Of a stretch of DNA of 32,000 bases, positions 11,172 to 19,853 are shown in pieces (the first letter of the stretch is position 1; each line of letters opens with the position of its first letter). The stretch is from positions 390,001 to 422,000 of the forward strand of contig NC_010163.1 of NCBI RefSeq assembly GCF_000018785.1. Reading direction: 5' to 3'. The position numbers and the translations under genes are program-made. The notes under the pieces were generated by a model. That model was not told the origin of the DNA. It searched no databases and saw nothing but the letters and a program-made list of their open reading frames with translations. Origin of the DNA: Acholeplasma laidlawii PG-8A (GTDB taxonomy: Bacteria > Bacillota_I > Bacilli_A > Acholeplasmatales > Acholeplasmataceae).

Positions 11172-12806
11172 ATGAAACTAAAGATTAACAATGAAGTACT
11201 TGAGTTAAAAGAACCATTAACACTGGAAAAACTTGCTCAAAAATTAAATATTTCTAATGCAATATTTGCAACAGTAGATGGTCGCATGCGCGAGCTATCT
11301 TACATGATTGCAAATGATGCAGATATAGAATTTATGGGATTAGATAGTGACGTAGGTATGCGTATTTATGAAGCTACATTACGTTATGTATTTACAAAAG
11401 CGTTATATGAACTTGATCCAACAAAACAAATTCGCTTTAGTTATTCCATTTCAAGATCTATCTTAGCAACTATTGAAAATGATGACATGACCGTTGAGTT
11501 ATATGAAATGTTATTAAAGAAGGTTCAAGAAATTATTGAACGTAAGGTAGATATTAAACGAATTAAAGTATCTAAAGAAGAAGCTACTAAACTTTATACT
11601 AAACAAAACTATCTAGATAAAATTGAAACACTTAAACTAAGAAAAGAAAATCATGTAAACCTTTATCAATCAGATGATTTTATCAACTACATGTTCTCAT
11701 ATATGTTACCAAACACAAGTTACTTAACTAAGTTTGATACTAAGTTTTACAATCCAGGATTTTTAATTTTCTTCCCAAGATCAGAACTAAAAGGTGAATT
11801 ACCTGCATTTGTAGACCAAAAAACATTTGGTAACTCATTAAAACAAGCTTACAAGTGGAGTAAAATTATTGGTGGAGATACGATTGCAAATATTAACAAA
11901 CACAGTCTAACACGTGATAAACAAGTAGACTTTGTAAATCTTTGCGAAACAAAACACAATAACCAACTTGCTGATTTAGGTAACCAAATTTATGAAATTA
12001 AAGATGATATTAAATTAATTGCTGTTGCAGGTCCATCCTCATCAGGTAAAACAACCTTTACAAACCGTCTAAGAATCGAATTATTAAGTAGAGGTATCAA
12101 ACCAATGATGATTTCTATGGATAACTACTATAAACCTAAACATGAAGCACCAAAAGATAGTGATGGTAATCCAGACTTAGAACACGTAGAAGCATTAGAC
12201 GTTGAACAATTTAGTAAAGATATGGCTGATTTAGCAATGGGTAAATCAGTAAGTCTTCCAATCTTTGACTTTAAACAAGGTAAGCGTGTTGCTGGACCAA
12301 GTGTGAAGTTAGAAAAAGATTCACCAATTTTAATTGAAGGTATCCATGCATTAAACGAAAGATTGACAGAATTAATTCCAAGTCATCAAAAGTTTAATAT
12401 CTTTATTTCACCAAATACACAACTACACATTGATGATCATAACCCGATTTCATTAACAGACTTACGTTTAATTCGTCGTATGGTGAGAGATCAAAAATAT
12501 AGAAATACACCAGTTACAATGACACTAGATATGTGGTCAAGTGTACGCCGTGGTGAATTCAAATGGATATATCCACATCAAGAAACTGCAAACTTTGTTT
12601 ACAACTCAGAACTAAGTTATGAATTACTTGTGTTAAACAAGATTGCATTACCACATTTAAACGCAGTACCAAGAGATGATAAACACTTTATCGTAGCAAA
12701 CAGGTTAGTTAAGTTCTTAAAATACTTTAATGAAATTGATGCTACCCTTATACCATCAAACTCTATTTTATTAGAATTCATTGGTGGTTCACCTTTCCAC
12801 GACTAA
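11172..12806 (+). CDS. TGS-domain/uridine kinase-like nucleoside kinase fusion
   Basis: N-terminal TGS-like region, then Walker A AGPSSSGKTTFTNRL and an ISMDNYY uridine-kinase motif. The ATG at 11172 follows GAGGAAAAAGT; the annotated 11139 start overlaps parC and is less likely. Confidence 0.85.
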   Translation: MKLKINNEVLELKEPLTLEKLAQKLNISNAIFATVDGRMRELSYMIANDADIEFMGLDSDVGMRIYEATLRYVFTKALYELDPTKQIRFSYSISRSILATIENDDMTVELYEMLLKKVQEIIERKVDIKRIKVSKEEATKLYTKQNYLDKIETLKLRKENHVNLYQSDDFINYMFSYMLPNTSYLTKFDTKFYNPGFLIFFPRSELKGELPAFVDQKTFGNSLKQAYKWSKIIGGDTIANINKHSLTRDKQVDFVNLCETKHNNQLADLGNQIYEIKDDIKLIAVAGPSSSGKTTFTNRLRIELLSRGIKPMMISMDNYYKPKHEAPKDSDGNPDLEHVEALDVEQFSKDMADLAMGKSVSLPIFDFKQGKRVAGPSVKLEKDSPILIEGIHALNERLTELIPSHQKFNIFISPNTQLHIDDHNPISLTDLRLIRRMVRDQKYRNTPVTMTLDMWSSVRRGEFKWIYPHQETANFVYNSELSYELLVLNKIALPHLNAVPRDDKHFIVANRLVKFLKYFNEIDATLIPSNSILLEFIGGSPFHD

Positions 12807-12834
12807 TTACAATATAAACAAGGAATAGATAACA

Positions 12835-13896
12835 ATGATTGCATTATCAAACATGAACAGACTTCAAGTATCAACAGACACATTGCTTCTTTTACTCAAA
12901 GTTTATGAAGCTAAAGGTAAAGAGTTTTATTATGATGAACTCTTTAGTAAAGATAAAGATGTGTTTACTAAAAAGGCAATTGAAAAGAATGTTTTTTACT
13001 TTGCAAAAATGTTAGATATGCCACTTACCGATGCAAGACTTAAACTGATGTCTCAAAAGAAGTTAGTCGCAAAAAATAAGACAGAAAATTTTTTAATTAA
13101 TATAAAAGATGCGCTTGCATCGATTCAAAAACACCCTAAGGAATTTGAACTTTTAACCAATGAGTTTGATAACCTTGCTAGAATGCTATCTAAAGATTAT
13201 GAGCCAATTAAGTTCAAGTCCGTGGAAAAGCAAAAGGGTGATACCTTATTTACAGCAAAAAAAGTAATGGGCAAAAAAGAAGACCTCGATAAAATAATCG
13301 AGGTCTACAATGCCCAAAATAAAACAAAACAATATGAACTAACCCAGTTATTTAGCAATTTTTACATAGATTTTATGAATCAAGATCTATTCACACTAGA
13401 AAATGAAGTGATTGCCTATATTGGTTTATATGCCATGTTACTAAGAGATTTTAGTGTATTTAAATATGTTTCATTCTATGAGTTATTCTTCAAACGTTTT
13501 GAACAATACAAATTAGCACTCAATCAAGCAAATTACTATTATCAAACAGGGTATCCAAATACTGATTTATTATCTAAATTTATATTAGATATCCTAGATG
13601 AAGCATATGAATCTGTTAATAATTATTCTAGAGAATATGCCTTTGAAATCAAGATGAACAAATCAGATAACATTGAAGCAACCATTAGAACAGGTAAAGA
13701 AATATTTTCTAAAGCAGATCTTAGAAGAGAACACCCAACTGTTTCTTTAATTACAATCGATAGAACATTAAAGAGATTAAAAGATGAAGGGGTTATTCAG
13801 TTACTAGGTAAAGGTAGAAGTTCTAAATGGCACCGTATCGATGAAGATAAAAGACGTGGTGGTCGTCAATTAGATATCTTTCAATTTACAGATTAA
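12835..13896 (+). CDS. Fic-like fold protein with C-terminal winged helix, canonical Fic motif absent
   Basis: FYELFFKRFEQYKLALNQANYYYQTGYPNTDLLSKFIL resembles the region after the Fic motif. It is followed by the wHTH-like TVSLITIDRTLKRLKDEGVIQLLGKGRSSKWHRI. No HPFxxGNGR is present. Confidence 0.45.
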   Translation: MIALSNMNRLQVSTDTLLLLLKVYEAKGKEFYYDELFSKDKDVFTKKAIEKNVFYFAKMLDMPLTDARLKLMSQKKLVAKNKTENFLINIKDALASIQKHPKEFELLTNEFDNLARMLSKDYEPIKFKSVEKQKGDTLFTAKKVMGKKEDLDKIIEVYNAQNKTKQYELTQLFSNFYIDFMNQDLFTLENEVIAYIGLYAMLLRDFSVFKYVSFYELFFKRFEQYKLALNQANYYYQTGYPNTDLLSKFILDILDEAYESVNNYSREYAFEIKMNKSDNIEATIRTGKEIFSKADLRREHPTVSLITIDRTLKRLKDEGVIQLLGKGRSSKWHRIDEDKRRGGRQLDIFQFTD

Positions 13897-13911
13897 TTCG
13901 AGGGAAAATAC

Positions 13912-14784
13912 ATGAAAAAAATAGGTATCATGGCAGATTCATCAAGTGGATTAGCGTATGCACCATTTGATCATCATATTAAAATCACTAAGACAACTAT
14001 CCATTTTGGAGAAGAAACCTTAATTGATGGTGTAGATATTACTGCAGATGATTTTTATCTACGTCTTGAAAAAGATCCATGTGTCCCAAAGACTTCAGCA
14101 CCTGAAACAAGAGAAATATTAAATCAAATAGACATATTAAAAAATGAAGGATGTACACATATCCTTCATTTTCCAATTTCTACAAACCTTTCTGAATACG
14201 GTAAAAATCTAAAAAATAACATAGACAGTTTACTTGAAGATGTAACACTAGATGTTATAGATACCAAAGCGGCCACACTGCTTCAAGGTTATATGGCCTA
14301 TTTTGCAGAAATACTCATTCATAAAGGTTATGATATTGAAAGAGTTAAAGAAGAAGTACAAAAATTACGACAACAATCCAATGCTTACTTTGTTGTAGAT
14401 GATTTAAAGTATTTAATCAAAAACGGAAGACTTTCACAAATGAGTGGTACAGTAGGCATATTAGCTAAAATTAAGCCAATCCTTTCTTTAGATAAAGACG
14501 GAAGAATCACAACCAAAGAGAAGGTAAGAGTTCATAATAAGGCGATTAAACGCATGTATGAAATCATTAAAGAAGAAACAAAAGATGCTAAAAAAGTGGT
14601 TTATATGGTCTTACATACAAACCGTTTAAACGATGCGCTAGACATAGAAAAGATGATTAAAACAGAGTTAGATAATGTTAGTAAAACCTATGTATCAACT
14701 ATTACACCTACAGTGGGTGCACATATTGGTTCAAAGATACTGGGTATGGGTTATGTGATTGTGGATGATTATGACTTCTTATGA
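13912..14784 (+). CDS. DegV family (fatty-acid binding) protein
   Basis: IGIMADSSSGLAYAPFDHHIKI start, KTSAPETREIL, HFPISTNLSEYGKN and LKYLIKNGRLSQMSGTVGILAKIKPIL motifs. Confidence 0.93.
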   Translation: MKKIGIMADSSSGLAYAPFDHHIKITKTTIHFGEETLIDGVDITADDFYLRLEKDPCVPKTSAPETREILNQIDILKNEGCTHILHFPISTNLSEYGKNLKNNIDSLLEDVTLDVIDTKAATLLQGYMAYFAEILIHKGYDIERVKEEVQKLRQQSNAYFVVDDLKYLIKNGRLSQMSGTVGILAKIKPILSLDKDGRITTKEKVRVHNKAIKRMYEIIKEETKDAKKVVYMVLHTNRLNDALDIEKMIKTELDNVSKTYVSTITPTVGAHIGSKILGMGYVIVDDYDFL

Positions 14785-15040
14785 TAAATATTTACTGGTA
14801 TTTGATAAGTTTTATAAAGATTTAATACACTTAGATGATGAAACAACCATTAGAAAACTTATCACAGATTTCATGTTTTACTTAGAAAAGCATCGTTTAA
14901 TTGATAAAAACTATCTAGAACATAATCATTTGTTTTTAGCATGTGAAGTCGATCAAGAAAAAATCAAAGACCAAAGTTCTGAGATCTTATTAAGTTTTTT
15001 AACTATGATATATTATGATATATCGTATAGATTATATTGA
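14771..15040 (+). CDS. Small hypothetical protein
   Basis: Open frame overlapping the degV-family stop. First plausible ATG is at 14771 (MTSYDKYLLVFDKFYKDL). No recognised family. Confidence 0.5.
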   Translation: MTSYDKYLLVFDKFYKDLIHLDDETTIRKLITDFMFYLEKHRLIDKNYLEHNHLFLACEVDQEKIKDQSSEILLSFLTMIYYDISYRLY

Positions 15041-15074
15041 CCCAAATAGTGATGCATTTATGATATATTATAAG

Positions 15075-15114
15075 AATAAGATGTTAGAACATATTATGTA
15101 TCATCTTATTTTAA
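15075..15114 (+). terminator. Possible terminator: AATAAGATG...CATCTTATTTT
   Basis: 9-bp perfect inverted repeat at 15075-15083 and 15102-15110, followed by TT. Confidence 0.4.
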
Positions 15115-15145
15115 AAATGAAAAAACTCAAAGGAGTGTAAAATCT

Positions 15146-15526
15146 ATGTTTCAATATACCTGGCAAAAAAGAGTAGTAGCAGCAACGCCACTTATCTCTT
15201 TACTCATATTCTTGTTTTTAGGATTTTTCTATAATTTATGGAATCCTGGATGGTTGGTATTTTTATTAATTCCAATTGTGCCATTTTTAGTGGGACTAAA
15301 ACAAATTAGAATTACTTTCCCTTTTTTAGTGTTTGTTGCATATATTGGTATTGGTGTAGCAGGCTATTGGCATCCTGGATGGATTATATTCTTACTTATA
15401 CCGATTCAAAATATTTTATTCCCACCAAAAAGCATCTCTAAATTTCTAAAAAAAGATGTGCCTAAAAAAGATTTTAATAGACCTAAAGATTATATGGATG
15501 CTGAGATTGATAAAGATTCTAAATAG
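15146..15526 (+). CDS. Small membrane protein with two (N/H)PGW(L/I)(V/I)FLLIPI repeats
   Basis: 126 aa ORF with about 4 hydrophobic segments. AAAGGAGTG SD upstream. Confidence 0.7.
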   Translation: MFQYTWQKRVVAATPLISLLIFLFLGFFYNLWNPGWLVFLLIPIVPFLVGLKQIRITFPFLVFVAYIGIGVAGYWHPGWIIFLLIPIQNILFPPKSISKFLKKDVPKKDFNRPKDYMDAEIDKDSK

Positions 15527-15540
15527 TAAAGGGTGGTAAT

Positions 15541-15888
15541 TTGATGAATCCTAGAATGTTTTCGGAAGTTATCAATAAAATACATGAAGCGTTTTATGGT
15601 GAAAAACTCACATTTAAAAGTATAGAAGATACTGAAGTTATACTTCTTAATAAAGATGAAATTTTCACAATTGAAAATCACATCCATACACGTTATCGTG
15701 TTATTTTTCCTGACTATGTGGGCAAAATATCGGCATTTAGAAACCTTTTTGGTCGCATTATGAATAATGGAGATAATATTTGTGATACTTCTGACTTTAT
15801 TGATTTACCAAAAAGTCATGTAGTTTCTATATATAATTACATATACCATAAAGATATTAATGATATCAAAAAACTAAAAGACTATTAA
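15541..15888 (+). CDS. Hypothetical protein
   Basis: 115 aa ORF with GGGTGG SD-like sequence before the ATG at 15541. No recognised family. Confidence 0.6.
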   Translation: MMNPRMFSEVINKIHEAFYGEKLTFKSIEDTEVILLNKDEIFTIENHIHTRYRVIFPDYVGKISAFRNLFGRIMNNGDNICDTSDFIDLPKSHVVSIYNYIYHKDINDIKKLKDY

Positions 15889-15904
15889 GTTTTTAGTTTT
15901 TTTT
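15868..15904 (+). terminator. Intrinsic terminator overlapping the end of the 15541 ORF
   Basis: AAAAAACTAAAA at 15868-15879 pairs with TTTTAGTTTTTT at 15891-15902, followed by more T. Confidence 0.7.
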
Positions 15905-16011
15905 TACATTATTTTTTGTAGATGTTGAAAATTGACGAAAAGTAAAGTATACTTATATTAACGGGTTATGAAAGCCCTACCAAGAAACATAAAAATAAAG
16001 GAGAATCAAGG

Positions 16012-17112
16012 ATGAAAAAACTGTTACTCTTAATGATGGTACTTGTTGCTGGCTTTGCACTAGCAGCATGTGGACCAAGTTCTTATGAAATCGCAATGAT
16101 CACTGATACTGGTGATATTGACGATGAATCGTTTAACCAAGGTACATGGGAAGGTATTAAAGCTTTTGCCAAAGATAATGACAAAACTCATAAATACTAC
16201 CAACCAGCTGGTGAATCAACTGCAGACTATCTAGCTGCAATCGACTTAGCAGTTGCTGGTGGCGCTAAAATCGTCATTACACCAGGTTTCTATTTTGAAG
16301 TGCCTATCTTTGAAGCACAAACTACTTACCCAGATGTTAAATTCGTAATTTTAGATGGTTCACCACATAATGGTGATTATAATAGTGTAGTCAAAGACAA
16401 TACATTATCAGTATTCTTTAAAGAAGAACAAGCTGGTTTCCTAGCTGCTTATGCAACTTATAAAGAAGGTTTTGATCAATTAGGATTTATGGGTGGTATT
16501 GCTGTTCCAGCAGTTCAAAGATTTGGTATTGGTTGGGTAGCTGGTGCTTATCAAGCCGCTAAAGATGCAAATGATACAGAATATGCATATAATCCAACTT
16601 ATTACACATATTTAGGTTCATTTGGTCCAAGTGATACAACTAAAACTACTGCATCAGCTTGGTTCTCACAAGGTGTTGAAGTAATTCATGCTGCTGCAGG
16701 TGGTGCTGGTTCATCAGTAATGGCTGCTGCACAAGAAGGTACAACTACAGCAAATCCTAAATGGGTTGTAGGTGTTGACTCTGACCAATCAGGTAACTCA
16801 CCAAGAGTATTAACATCTGCTATGAAGGGTGTTGGACAAGCTGCGATTCAAGCACTAGAAGCATTCTATGATGAAGATTTCCCAGGTGGAGAAACTTGGA
16901 ACCTAGATGTTAATGCAGATGCAGTTGGTCTACCAATGGCTAACTCAAGATTTGCTACATTTACTCAAGCAAACTATACAACTATATTTAACACATTAAA
17001 AGCTGGTACAATTACTGTCCCAACTACTGCTGCAGAATTAGAAGCATTCATCATTGCTCTAGGCTATGATGTGCCTGCTGGTTTATCAGCTAAAATTGCT
17101 CCGGAAGCTTAA
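16012..17112 (+). CDS. BMP family ABC transporter substrate-binding lipoprotein (nucleoside type)
   Basis: Lipoprotein signal MKKLLLLMMVLVAGFALAACG, then IAMITDTGDIDDESFNQGTWEGI typical of the BMP/Med family. Upstream of NupOPQ-like genes. Confidence 0.93.
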   Translation: MKKLLLLMMVLVAGFALAACGPSSYEIAMITDTGDIDDESFNQGTWEGIKAFAKDNDKTHKYYQPAGESTADYLAAIDLAVAGGAKIVITPGFYFEVPIFEAQTTYPDVKFVILDGSPHNGDYNSVVKDNTLSVFFKEEQAGFLAAYATYKEGFDQLGFMGGIAVPAVQRFGIGWVAGAYQAAKDANDTEYAYNPTYYTYLGSFGPSDTTKTTASAWFSQGVEVIHAAAGGAGSSVMAAAQEGTTTANPKWVVGVDSDQSGNSPRVLTSAMKGVGQAAIQALEAFYDEDFPGGETWNLDVNADAVGLPMANSRFATFTQANYTTIFNTLKAGTITVPTTAAELEAFIIALGYDVPAGLSAKIAPEA

Positions 17113-17136
17113 TAATAGATTAGAAAAAGATTAACG

Positions 17137-17175
17137 TTAAATAAAGGGGGACATTAATTTGTTCCCCTTATTTAA
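17137..17175 (+). promoter_or_regulatory. Strong stem-loop between the substrate-binding protein and ATPase genes
   Basis: TTAAATAA(A)GGGGGACA / TGTTCCCCTTATTTAA, about 16 bp with one bulge and a 6-nt loop. No U-tract follows. Confidence 0.65.
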
Positions 17176-17199
17176 AATACAAATGTTGGAGGCGTTACA

Positions 17200-18705
17200 A
17201 TGGTATTAATGAAAGGTATCACCAAAAGGTTTGGTAAATTAGTTGCCAATGATTCTGTGGACTTTGAAGTTAAAAAAGGTGAAGTTCATGCACTTTTAGG
17301 GGAAAATGGTGCAGGGAAAAGTACTTTAATGTCTATTCTTTTTGGTCTATACACACAAGATGAAGGACAAATTTTTATTAATGGTGAATTGGCGCATATT
17401 AAGCATCCAAATGATGCAGCTAAATACCGTATTGGTATGGTACATCAACATTTTAAATTGGTAGAAATATTTTCTGTACTGGATAATATTATTTTGGGTT
17501 CTGAAGAAACCAAAAATTCTTTTATTGTGTATAAGAATGCGCGTAATAAAATCATGGAGATCATTGAAAAATATAATCTACAGATTGATTTAGATAAAAA
17601 GATTAGTGAATTAACCGTTGGACAGCAACAAAAAGTAGAGATTATTAAAATGCTGTACAGAGACAGCGATATTTTAATTTTTGATGAGCCTACTGCTGTT
17701 TTAACACCTCAAGAAATCAAAGAATTGATTGAGATTATTAAAAACTTTGCAAAAGAAGGTAAGGCTGTTATTTTAATTTCTCATAAATTAAACGAAATTA
17801 AAATGTCCTCTGATCGTTGTACGATTTTAAGACGTGGTAAAAAAATAGCTACACTGGATGTTAAGGATGTTACTACTGAAGAGATGGCAGAACTCATGGT
17901 AGGTAGACCTTTAATTCAAGAATATGAAAAAGGTGCATTTAACCCGAAAGAAAATATTTTAGAAGTAGAAAATCTTACGCTTCATGGTAAAGGTAAAGAT
18001 ATTCTAAAATCTATTAACTTTCATGTGAGAAGTGGTGAAATTGTAGGTATAGCAGGTATTGATGGTAATGGGCAAACAGAACTAGCAAATGCGCTGACTG
18101 GACTATCACCAATTTCATCTGGTTTAATTAGACTCAAAGATAAGGATATTTCAAGACTTAATATTCGTAAACGTTATGAGGCGGGCTTATCCCATATTCC
18201 AGAAGATAGACATAAATTCGGTTTGGTTTTGGACTTTAAATAATCTGAAAACTTAGTCTTACAAGAATACTATAAAAAGCCATACTCAAATTACGGTATT
18301 CTAAATCATGACATCATTGAAGAACATGCTAAAAAGTTAGTCGAAAACTATGATGTACGTTCATCCAATAGTATTGATACAATTGCTAGAAGCATGAGTG
18401 GTGGTAATCAACAAAAAGCCATTCTTGCTAGAGAAATCGAACGCGAACATGACTTATTATTAGCATTCCAACCAACTCGAGGTCTTGATGTTGGTGCAAT
18501 TGAAAATATTCACAAGAACCTAATTAAAGAACGTGATCGTGATCGTGGTGTTTTATTAATTAGCTATGAATTAGAAGAAATATTTAACCTATCTGACCGA
18601 ATCTTAGTCATGTATGAAGGTGAAATCACAGGTTCATTTAAAACAAGTGATATCACAGCCAATGAACTGGGACTATATATGTCAGGATCTAAAAGGAGCG
18701 TATAG
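17200..18705 (+). pseudogene. Nucleoside ABC transporter ATP-binding protein (NupO-like, two ATPase domains) interrupted by an in-frame TAA at 18241-18243
   Basis: ORF 17200..18243 (Walker A GENGAGKST, signature LTVGQQQKVEI, second domain start) ends at TAA. ORF 18394..18705 (MSGGNQQKAILARE...LAFQPTRGLDVGAIE) is in the same frame. Translation across the stop gives ...VLDFK*SENLVLQEYYKKPYSNYG..., an uninterrupted family sequence. Confidence 0.85.
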
Positions 18706-18707
18706 TT

Positions 18708-19853
18708 ATGGACAAGCAAGAAAATAAAGCAATTGTAACTTTCAAAGATAAACTACTACGCATTTTATTAAACTTATTTAATGTATTGAAACCGAGTTTA
18801 ATTTCAATTGGCGTAGGTTTAGCATTTGGGTTCATTATTATGTTAATCTTTAATCCCGGTGGTGCTTTTCCAGGTTTAATTACTTTATTAACCGGTGGAC
18901 TTGGCAGTGGTATTAAAGTTGCAGGTGACATTTTATTACATGCAGCACCGATTATCTTAACAGGGGTTGCTTTAGTAGTAGCATTTAAAACAGGCCTATT
19001 TAATATTGGGGCATCTGGTCAAATGATCGTAGCTGGTTATGTTGCTATTCATGTGGGTGTGTTATGGAATATTCCAGCACCATTTCATTGGATGGTTGCA
19101 CTATTACTAGGTACAGTTGCAGGTGCGATCTGGGGTGCAATTCCTGGTATTTTAAAGGCATTTACTAATACTAATGAAGTTGTATCAAGTATTATGCTTA
19201 ACTATATTGGTACATTCCTTGCAGTGTTTTTGATTAAAGCTAATGTTTATAACGGTGCTACAGCAAAATCTTTAAACATTCAAGCTAGTGCTGAACTTCC
19301 TAGATTAGGCGCATTATTCGGTAACTCTAAGGCAAATATTGGTATATTTATAGCAATTGCAGTAGCAGTTCTAATGTATTATGTCTTTAAGAAAACTACA
19401 CTAGGTTATGAACTTAAGGCTTCAGGATTTAACCGTGAAGCAAGTCGTTATGCAGGTATGAATGCAAAGAGAAATATCGTGTTATCTATGTTGATATCTG
19501 GTGCTATTGTAGGTTTAGGTGGTGCAATCCAGTTCCTAGTTATAGGTACAAACTTAGGTACAACATATGACTTATTACCACAAGGTTTTGATGGTATATC
19601 TGTTGCTCTATTAGGGTTAACAGAACCAATAGGTGCAGTCTTTGCAGGTACCTTCTTAAGTTATATCAGGCAAGGTGGATTCTATATGCAGGTTAATGGA
19701 TTCCCACAACAAATTATCGATATTATTATTGCAGTAATTGTATATACAACATCCATTTCTGTTGCAATTCAATTATTCTTTGCAAACTTAAAAACTAAGA
19801 GATTAATGAAGAAAGCATCAACCTCAGAAATTGAAGGAGGTATTGAACAATGA
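18708..19853 (+). CDS. Nucleoside ABC transporter permease (NupP-like)
   Basis: 381 aa polytopic BPD-type permease: AFKTGLFNIGASGQMIVAGYVA, GAIPGILKAFTNTNEVVSSIMLNYI. Confidence 0.93.
   Translation: MDKQENKAIVTFKDKLLRILLNLFNVLKPSLISIGVGLAFGFIIMLIFNPGGAFPGLITLLTGGLGSGIKVAGDILLHAAPIILTGVALVVAFKTGLFNIGASGQMIVAGYVAIHVGVLWNIPAPFHWMVALLLGTVAGAIWGAIPGILKAFTNTNEVVSSIMLNYIGTFLAVFLIKANVYNGATAKSLNIQASAELPRLGALFGNSKANIGIFIAIAVAVLMYYVFKKTTLGYELKASGFNREASRYAGMNAKRNIVLSMLISGAIVGLGGAIQFLVIGTNLGTTYDLLPQGFDGISVALLGLTEPIGAVFAGTFLSYIRQGGFYMQVNGFPQQIIDIIIAVIVYTTSISVAIQLFFANLKTKRLMKKASTSEIEGGIEQ

Noticed and set aside
15905-16011. Purine riboswitch upstream of the nucleoside transporter
   Set aside because: No purine aptamer core (three-way junction with conserved TATA/loop segments) could be found, and the leader is too short.
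18241-18243. Recoding or frameshifting at the ATPase stop
   Set aside because: The downstream part is in the same frame, so no frameshift is needed. TAA is used as a normal stop throughout and no recoding signal is evident. A nonsense mutation or sequence error is the simpler explanation.
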